From NCBI GenBank assembly GCA_944390445.1, contig CALXQB010000041.1, forward strand, positions 1 through 12,715: a stretch of DNA of 12,715 nucleotides. Reading direction: 5' to 3'. Shown here in pieces: positions 8,290 to 12,715 of this stretch; positions within the stretch are counted from its first letter, which is position 1; the number at the start of each line of letters is the position of its first letter. A model generated the notes under the pieces. That model saw nothing but the letters and a program-made list of their open reading frames with translations. It ran no database searches and was not told the DNA's origin. Made by a program: the position numbers and the translations under genes. This DNA is from an uncultured Clostridia bacterium. GTDB lineage: Bacteria; Bacillota; Clostridia; TANB77; CAG-508.

Positions 8290-8616
8290 CTAACCAAATA
8301 AGGTTTCAATAGTAGATAAAACAAGATCAATGGTAAGAATAAAAGCATAAGAAAATAAAGAACCTCTTATTAATTTTTTACCAGTACGGATTTTTTCTTC
8401 ATCTCCAAAACTAAATTTTTTCATTAGTACACCGGTACCTACGGCAACTGCTGCAGCAGGAGTTGCAATGGTTAAAATATAATCTTTTATTTTTTCAAAT
8501 GCGTTTTTTATTGTTTTTATTAACTTAGGGTCTGCTGCAAAACTTTCTGTATATAGAGTAAAGCATAAAATCAAACAAAGTATAAGAATTATAAATATTT
8601 TTTTCATAAATATCAT
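8290..8616 (-). CDS. VirB2/TrbC-like or Maff2-like small secreted/membrane T4SS protein
   Basis: Signal-peptide-like N-terminus (KKIFIILILCLILCFTLYTESFA/AD) followed by two hydrophobic helices separated by a charged loop (KKFSFGDEEKIRTGKKLIRG). The more likely start is the second ATG at 8607 (GAAAGGA with 9-nt spacing). ATG 8616 overlaps the coupling-protein stop. Confidence 0.55.
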   Translation of the reverse strand: MIFMKKIFIILILCLILCFTLYTESFAADPKLIKTIKNAFEKIKDYILTIATPAAAVAVGTGVLMKKFSFGDEEKIRTGKKLIRGSLFSYAFILTIDLVLSTIETLFG

Positions 8617-10313
8617 TCCTTTCTTTTAAAATATGGTAGCATTTGTAATTGGCAAGGTTTTATAATTTTAGTTCCATCAGATAAAAAAGCTAAACATGAA
8701 AAAGTTTCTAGAGTTTGTGTAAAAAATTGTGTATCATAGATAAAGTCCGGCTGAATAAAGGTGGTTAAACTTTCCGAAAGGTTGGAACCTTTAGATTTCC
8801 ATGTATTAGTGAAATAATCATAATTGGTTTCTTTCGCATTTTCTGAGATACTAGTAGAGTGTCTTTCTTTATCTTCCCTACCAATTTGCTTTTGCGCATC
8901 TTCAATGGTAAAAACATCATCTGTACGATACCATAGTTTATTAATTAAATTTTGTATTAAAACTTGTGTACATGACTTATCTTTTAATGTATTTAATAGG
9001 GAAGAATAACTTTGCGTAGCTACAATATTAATACATTTGGCTTCTCTGCTTTGTGCAAAAAAATCACTATCTGAGCGGGTAACATATTCATGAAATTCAT
9101 CGCATATAAATGCCGTTGTCCTTGTATAAGAATGAGTTGCTAAATTTGTTAAAATCTCAGATTGAAAATCCAATTTTAAATAGGCAGCAATTAATTTTGA
9201 GAGGTTTTTATATTCAGCAATATTCATTTTTAAGACTACGATTTTACCATCTGAGAGAACTTGAGAAAAACCTAAAAAATTCAAATCTTTTTCTGAGGGG
9301 CAAAATGTATTTAAAACAGAATAATCAGAGATAAAGGGCAAAGTAATGCGACTGATTTCAGACTTTATAATAGATAATACACGAGAATCTAAAGAAAAAA
9401 ACTCATTTTCAAAATAAGTAATAGCAGATAAGAGTTCATAAATTTCAGAATTTGAAAATTTACAAGCATGGAATTGACTACGTAAAAAGTTTATTTTTTC
9501 TCGATAGTAAGAGGTGTCATTGATAAGTTTATGAAGCTCTTGAAAAGTGACATAACCGTTGATTATATAATCTACATAATTTAATGCATTCCGTAAGAGT
9601 TTCTTCTACTTTATCAAACCAATAAGAATCAGAAGTATTAGTAGAAAAAAGTTCTAAAACAGATTTTAATCGATTGGCCAATAAGGAAGGTTTTAAATCC
9701 GGTTTGTGTAAAGGATTATATTTAAATTTGCCATTGATTTCTAAAATGATTAAATCATCTTCTCTATCCAATTCCGTACAACAAGATAAAACATGTTCAT
9801 AAAAATTTCCCTTTACATCTAAAATGAGCATTCCTAATCTATCATCATTTTCACAATGATATTGTAATAACTGAAACGTAAATGGATACATGCTAGAGCT
9901 AGTTTTTCCACTTCCAATCGTACCAGTGATTAAAATATTTTGGAATAATCCTTTTTCTGGAATAAAAACAGGTTCTTGAGATTGAGGAAGATTTCCAACA
10001 TGAAGGAATAAGCCATCAGGGTAAGAAAAATGCTTTTTTATTTTTTTCTTGGGGATTTTTTGAAATAAAAAAGAAAAAAGAGAATTTGACAAAATAAAAA
10101 TCGATAGAAAAGAAAAAACAAAATATGCTTTTTTTAGAAAGTTCCATGCTTCTGGCCACTTTATGCAGATATCAAATGGTTCTAAGGCGTAGGGAATTAT
10201 GACAGATGTGGATTGAAATAATGAATTAAAAAATAGAAATATAAAAATGAAATAGATAATAAGGCATAGAAAAATAAAACCTATGCGAAATAATAGTTTT
10301 AAAATTTCAACAT
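8613..10313 (-). pseudogene. VirD4/TraG/TraD-type type IV coupling protein (T4CP), split by a +1 frameshift near 9558 and lacking a canonical in-frame start
   Basis: Track ORFs 9529..10092 and 8613..9341 are two parts of one protein. The downstream frame is open up to 9605 and reads ...NGYVTFQELHKLINDTSYYREKINFLRSQ...ITLPFISDY. Motifs are Walker A ITGTIGSGKTSS, Walker B AFICDEFHEY and IVATQSYSSL. Upstream of the called TTG (10092) the same frame stays open to 10335. That stretch encodes the two N-terminal TM helices typical of T4CPs (LKLLFRIGFIFLCLIIYFIFIFLFF and AYFVFSFLSIFILSNSLFSFLF). Confidence 0.75.
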
Positions 10314-10451
10314 TCCTCCTTTTTTGAATTTTAATTTAGATCCTTGAGATTGATGGAAAACATAATTCTCGAATAGAGAATATAAAGAATAAAAAACAAT
10401 AAATAGATGAACAATAAAACTTAAGAAAAAAATATGAATTTGTAATTCTAT
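10299..10451 (-). CDS. Possible 50-aa single-TM peptide at the head of the T4SS operon; it has no canonical start codon
   Basis: The open frame reads IELQIHIFFLSFIVHLFIVFYSLYSLFENYVFHQSQGSKLKFKKGGMLKF and stops at TAA 10301-10299. AGAGGTGA lies 4 nt upstream of an ATA codon (10451-10449). There is no ATG/GTG/TTG in frame before the last 4 codons. This is weak evidence. Confidence 0.2.
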   Translation of the reverse strand: MELQIHIFFLSFIVHLFIVFYSLYSLFENYVFHQSQGSKLKFKKGGMLKF

Positions 10452-10481
10452 AAAATCACCTCTTTCTTTACAATTTTTACC

Positions 10482-10510
10482 ATAATATACTAAAAATTAT
10501 TTTTTGTCTA
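10482..10510 (-). promoter_or_regulatory. Candidate promoter of the minus-strand T4SS operon
   Basis: The minus strand reads TAGACA (10510-10505), 17-nt spacer, TATTAT (10487-10482). It overlaps the -35 of the divergent plus-strand promoter. AT-rich DNA makes such matches common. Confidence 0.3.
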
Positions 10511-10532
10511 TACTTTTTTAAAAAAATATGAT
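10504..10532 (+). promoter_or_regulatory. Candidate promoter of the DUF1858 gene
   Basis: TTGTCT (10504-10509), 17-nt spacer, TATGAT (10527-10532), about 95 nt upstream of ATG 10629. Confidence 0.35.
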
Positions 10533-10628
10533 AAAATAAAAAGGTAATTTTAAGAATTTGAAAATACAATTCATAGAAAGAATGAATTTTAGTAGAAATA
10601 GATTCATTCTAAAAGAAAGGAGTTTATC

Positions 10629-10817
10629 ATGAAAATAGAAAAAACAACTAAAATTGGAGAACTTTTAGAAATGGCACCTGAAAAGGCAGAAATTTTATTA
10701 GCAGCTGGTATGCATTGTCTTGGATGCCCTGCATCACAAGCAGAAACTTTAGAAGAAGCATGTGATGTACATGGAATTAATGTAGATGAACTAGTAGAAA
10801 AATTAAATGAGAACTAG
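10629..10817 (+). CDS. DUF1858 / hybrid-cluster-protein-associated redox disulfide domain protein
   Basis: 62 aa. IGELLEMAPEKAEILLAAGMHCLGCPASQAETLEEACDVHGINVDELVEKLN is the characteristic DUF1858 sequence with its C-x-G-C motif. RBS AAAGGAG at 10616-10622. Confidence 0.85.
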   Translation: MKIEKTTKIGELLEMAPEKAEILLAAGMHCLGCPASQAETLEEACDVHGINVDELVEKLNEN

Positions 10818-10845
10818 ATAAAAATATATTTATTAGTTAATAAAA

Positions 10846-10886
10846 TTGAAGAGTCATAGGGGAGAACGTGTTCTCCCACTCTTCAA
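10846..10886 (+). terminator. Long compound hairpin downstream of the DUF1858 gene (probable terminator, no T-tract on the plus strand)
   Basis: Outer stem TTGAAGAGT (10846-10854) / ACTCTTCAA (10878-10886). Inner stem GGGAGAAC (10860-10867) / GTTCTCCC (10870-10877). A T-run is present only on the minus-strand side. Confidence 0.5.
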
Positions 10887-10929
10887 AGAAATACTACATA
10901 TAGAGGTTTAAGAAAAACAAAATATATAT

Positions 10930-11006
10930 GTATCTATAGCTCAGTAGGATAGAGCGCTCCCCTCCTAAGGGAGAGGCCGCAGGTTCGATTCCTGCTAGGT
11001 ACACCA
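10930..11006 (+). tRNA. tRNA-Arg (anticodon CCU), 77 nt with encoded CCA
   Basis: Manual cloverleaf. Acceptor stem GTATCTA/TAGGTAC. D-arm GCTC-AGTAGGATA-GAGC. Anticodon stem CTCCC/GGGAG with loop CTCCTAA, giving anticodon CCT. T-arm GCAGG-TTCGATT-CCTGC. Discriminator A, then CCA. Confidence 0.93.
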
Positions 11007-11013
11007 AAACTAT

Positions 11014-11038
11014 CGTGAACGTAATAAGTTCACGTTTT
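11014..11038 (+). terminator. Rho-independent terminator after the tRNA
   Basis: CGTGAAC (11014-11020), loop GTAATAA, GTTCACG (11028-11034), followed by TTTTAATTTT. Confidence 0.7.
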
Positions 11039-11050
11039 AATTTTGCAAAA

Positions 11051-11079
11051 TTGAAAAATTTTCGAAAATATGCTAAAAT
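11051..11079 (+). promoter_or_regulatory. Candidate extended -10 promoter of the GC-rich islet ORF
   Basis: TTGAAA (11051-11056), 17-nt spacer, TGC-TAAAAT (-10 at 11074-11079 with a TGn extension). Confidence 0.45.
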
Positions 11080-11086
11080 AAAAGCA

Positions 11087-11100
11087 TAGCCAATTGGCTA
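11087..11100. promoter_or_regulatory. Perfect 14-bp palindrome (operator-like) between the promoter and the RBS
   Basis: TAGCCAATTGGCTA starts 8 nt after the -10 element and ends 11 nt before AGGAGG (11111-11116). Confidence 0.4.
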
Positions 11101-11127
11101 AATCTTTTAAAGGAGGATGTTTGCAAC

Positions 11128-11616
11128 ATGGATGATCGGGAATTCTACTATGACGAAACCAATAGGAGGCTAGTGGTTCGGAACAGAAGTTTAAGGTTAT
11201 TTGATACCGACAACAAGACCATTGAAGGAGGAAGAACACAGAAGAGAAGTTTTTTCTATGTGAAAGATGGGGAGTTAAAACTTTTTGCTCCCACCTGGGA
11301 TAACCTCAAACCTTGCCGTTCGCCCAATGATCTTTGTCTCTCTTGCAAGAAGCATCATGCACTACCGGAAGAACACGGTGGCTGTAAGATACTTACGGAA
11401 GGCCAATCTTTAGAGTATCCTTTTATTCTGAGGGGGGCTGAACAAGTTAGACAGGGAAAAACTGTTCGACTCTATGTAATGAGTTGTAATCGCTATGAAA
11501 AAGCGGAAGAAAGACCCGAGAATATCCAAAAGAGGAGGAACCTTTTCTTATATGAAGAGGATATGGAGATTTTTAATAATTCTTCATCACTCTTTGGTAC
11601 CAAGCATCTCATATGA
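11128..11616 (+). CDS. Hypothetical 162-aa Cys/His-containing protein on a GC-rich islet
   Basis: AGGAGG lies 11 nt upstream of ATG 11128. The ORF is bracketed by its own promoter and a strong terminator. Composition is far from the surroundings: 30 G+C in the 60 nt 11281-11340, against 14/60 in tadA at 11761-11820. Cys/His cluster CRSPNDLCLSCKKHH...HGGC. I recognise no family. Confidence 0.7.
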   Translation: MDDREFYYDETNRRLVVRNRSLRLFDTDNKTIEGGRTQKRSFFYVKDGELKLFAPTWDNLKPCRSPNDLCLSCKKHHALPEEHGGCKILTEGQSLEYPFILRGAEQVRQGKTVRLYVMSCNRYEKAEERPENIQKRRNLFLYEEDMEIFNNSSSLFGTKHLI

Positions 11617-11620
11617 ACTT

Positions 11621-11656
11621 TTCTCTGTTCCCTGTTCTAGGGAACAGAGAATTTTT
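11621..11656 (+). terminator. Rho-independent terminator of the islet ORF
   Basis: 12-bp perfect stem TTCTCTGTTCCC (11621-11632) / GGGAACAGAGAA (11640-11651), 7-nt loop, then TTTTT (11652-11656). Confidence 0.85.
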
Positions 11657-11702
11657 CGTTAAATGAGAAGAATTGTTTTTTCCTATTCGACAAAAAACAA
11701 AG

Positions 11703-11730
11703 TTGACAAAAGGGTAACAGATGATATAAT
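11703..11730 (+). promoter_or_regulatory. Near-consensus sigma-A promoter of tadA
   Basis: TTGACA (11703-11708), 16-nt spacer, TGA-TATAAT (-10 at 11725-11730 with a TGn extension). AGGAG at 11744-11748 precedes GTG 11755. Confidence 0.65.
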
Positions 11731-11754
11731 ATAAGAAAAAATTAGGAGCAAAAT

Positions 11755-12228
11755 GTGTTGGAAGAAAAAGAAAAATATATGAGAATCGCTTTAAAAGAAG
11801 CTAAAAAAGCATATATAGAAAAAGAAATACCCGTAGGAGCCATTATTGTAAAAGATGGTATGATTATTGCAAAAGCGCATAATATAAAAGAAAAGAAGCA
11901 AGATACAACATGTCATGCAGAGATATTGGCGATTCAAAAAGCAAGCAAAAAATTAAATACTTGGAGATTAGAAGGTTGTCAGATGTATGTTACATTAGAA
12001 CCATGTTCTATGTGTGCAGGAGCTTTAATTAATAGTAGAATACAAAAAGTCTATATAGGAACAAAAGATGAAAAAACAGGGGCTTGTGGTTCTGTATTAA
12101 ATTTATTAGTAGATTATCCATTTAATCATAAAGTAGAGTATGAGTTTGATGTTTTACAAAAAGAATGTGAAATGATGCTAAAGAATTTTTTTCAAGAATT
12201 AAGAAAGGAAAAAAAGAATGTTAAATGA
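11755..12228 (+). CDS. tadA: tRNA-specific adenosine(34) deaminase
   Basis: 157 aa. CDA-fold zinc motifs CHAEILAI and PCSMCAGAL, with the typical N-terminus YMRIALKEAKKA...EIPVGAIIV. Confidence 0.93.
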   Translation: MLEEKEKYMRIALKEAKKAYIEKEIPVGAIIVKDGMIIAKAHNIKEKKQDTTCHAEILAIQKASKKLNTWRLEGCQMYVTLEPCSMCAGALINSRIQKVYIGTKDEKTGACGSVLNLLVDYPFNHKVEYEFDVLQKECEMMLKNFFQELRKEKKNVK

Positions 12229-12715
12229 TCAGAAAAAGAAAATATTAAAAAGAACAATAATGATAGTACTGATTATCCTTTTTTTTATTATGATTGGATT
12301 TATCATACTAAAGTATGAAGTAGAAGGGGAAAAAAATATGCAATTTCAACTTACTAAGATTTCAATCATTAGTACAGCAAATGGAATTCCTAATACGGAA
12401 ACCTTGGATAGATGGAATTTTAACTTAGTACAAAATAATGACATTTATTTTAATTTTGAGAAAAATGAAAATTATAAAGAGCAAGAAAGTATAAAGAAAA
12501 TCTCTATAGAAAACATAAGAGTAATACAAAACCCATTAAAAGGAACTACTTATTTTTATCAACCAAGCCAAGAAGCGGTAGATTGGTATGAAAATACGGA
12601 AGAAGATAGAATAACTGACAAAATTGAATATCAGGGAAATGAAACTTCAAATGTAAAAGAATTACAAGTATCTAATCAGGGAGGAATTGTTGGAATTCGA
12701 TTTGCCATTGAAGAA
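12218..12715 (+). CDS. N-terminally membrane-anchored protein of unknown function (3' end off-window; absent from the ORF track because no stop is reached)
   Basis: ATG 12218 overlaps the last 11 nt of tadA, with AAGGAAA upstream. The frame is open for 166 codons to the window edge. It reads MLNDQKKKILKRTIMIVLIILFFIMIGFIILKYEVEGEK..., a basic stretch plus one TM helix followed by a hydrophilic Asn/Glu-rich domain. Confidence 0.6.
   Translation, partial: MLNDQKKKILKRTIMIVLIILFFIMIGFIILKYEVEGEKNMQFQLTKISIISTANGIPNTETLDRWNFNLVQNNDIYFNFEKNENYKEQESIKKISIENIRVIQNPLKGTTYFYQPSQEAVDWYENTEEDRITDKIEYQGNETSNVKELQVSNQGGIVGIRFAIEE

Larger units (their letters stand above)
7120..10451 (-). mobile_element. 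T4SS block B of a conjugative-element remnant (T4CP, pilin-like, VirB6-like, VirB3-like)
   Basis: Four to five co-directional genes are joined by 0-10 nt gaps or overlaps and each is preceded by a GGAGG-type RBS. The gene order matches Gram-positive T4SS operons up to the VirB3-like gene. Confidence 0.55.

Noticed and set aside
8824-9334. Plus-strand ORFs of 61 and 74 aa inside the coupling-protein gene
   Set aside because: They are antisense to the Walker B region of the T4CP, with no translation signals.
10195-10215. DnaA-box-like sequences (TGTGGATTG here, TTATCCATT at about 12114), considered because gyrA and tadA suggest an origin-proximal location
   Set aside because: Each has two mismatches to TTATCCACA, they are isolated and they lie inside coding sequence. 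There is no box cluster or AT-rich unwinding element arrangement.
11117-11119. An alternative ATG start directly after AGGAGG in the islet leader
   Set aside because: There is no spacing to the RBS, and the frame stops after 18 codons. ATG 11128 gives the long ORF.
11030-11239. Minus-strand 69-aa ORF over the islet promoter and 5' end
   Set aside because: It overlaps the promoter, palindrome and RBS of the better-supported plus-strand ORF and runs into the tRNA terminator.
11657-11700. Search for a direct repeat of the tRNA-Arg 3' end that would mark an att site at the far side of the GC-rich islet
   Set aside because: The only resemblance is weak: TTCCTATTCGAC against TTCCTGCTAGGTAC. This is not enough to claim an attL/attR pair.
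10930-12228. A possible functional link between tRNA-Arg and the neighbouring tadA
   Set aside because: Bacterial TadA edits A34 of tRNA-Arg(ACG). This tRNA has anticodon CCU with no A34, so the proximity is probably coincidental.

Overview
AT-rich, low-GC Firmicutes-like chromosomal window (TGA is a stop codon; the tRNA has an encoded CCA). It mixes housekeeping genes with two oppositely oriented pieces of a Gram-positive-type conjugative type IV secretion (T4SS) module. The housekeeping genes are of the kind that lie near the origin in Bacillus-type genomes: gyrA 2512-4947 (+), a DnaB/DnaD-family plus DnaI/DnaC-type helicase-loader operon 7027-5032 (-), a DUF1858 redox-disulfide protein, tRNA-Arg(CCU) and tadA. 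T4SS block A (+, 2-2393) holds a VirB4-like ATPase 3' end, a TadZ/CpaE-like receiver-ParA ATPase and a 242-aa helical protein of unknown function. T4SS block B (-, 10451-7120) holds a small TM ORF, a VirD4/TraG-type coupling protein, a VirB2/Maff2-like small membrane protein, a VirB6-like polytopic protein and a PrgI/VirB3-like protein. The VirB3-like gene is not followed by its usual VirB4 partner. It abuts the promoter of the dnaD-like operon, and VirB4 sits 7 kb away on the other strand, so an inversion or rearrangement is likely. Two element genes, the TadZ-like ATPase and the coupling protein, each need a +1 frame change. Both changes fall at an in-frame CGG codom-type site of the form NNN-C-GGT, and in a manual scan I found no other in-frame CGG in the AT-rich genes. 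The alternatives are pseudogenisation, a sequence error, or hungry-codon +1 frameshifting. A separate oddity is a compact, much more GC-rich one-gene islet (11040-11660) between tRNA-Arg and tadA. It has its own promoter, a 14-bp perfect palindrome, a 162-aa Cys/His-containing ORF of unknown function and a strong terminator. No CRISPR array, rRNA, IS element or recombinase is visible in the window.
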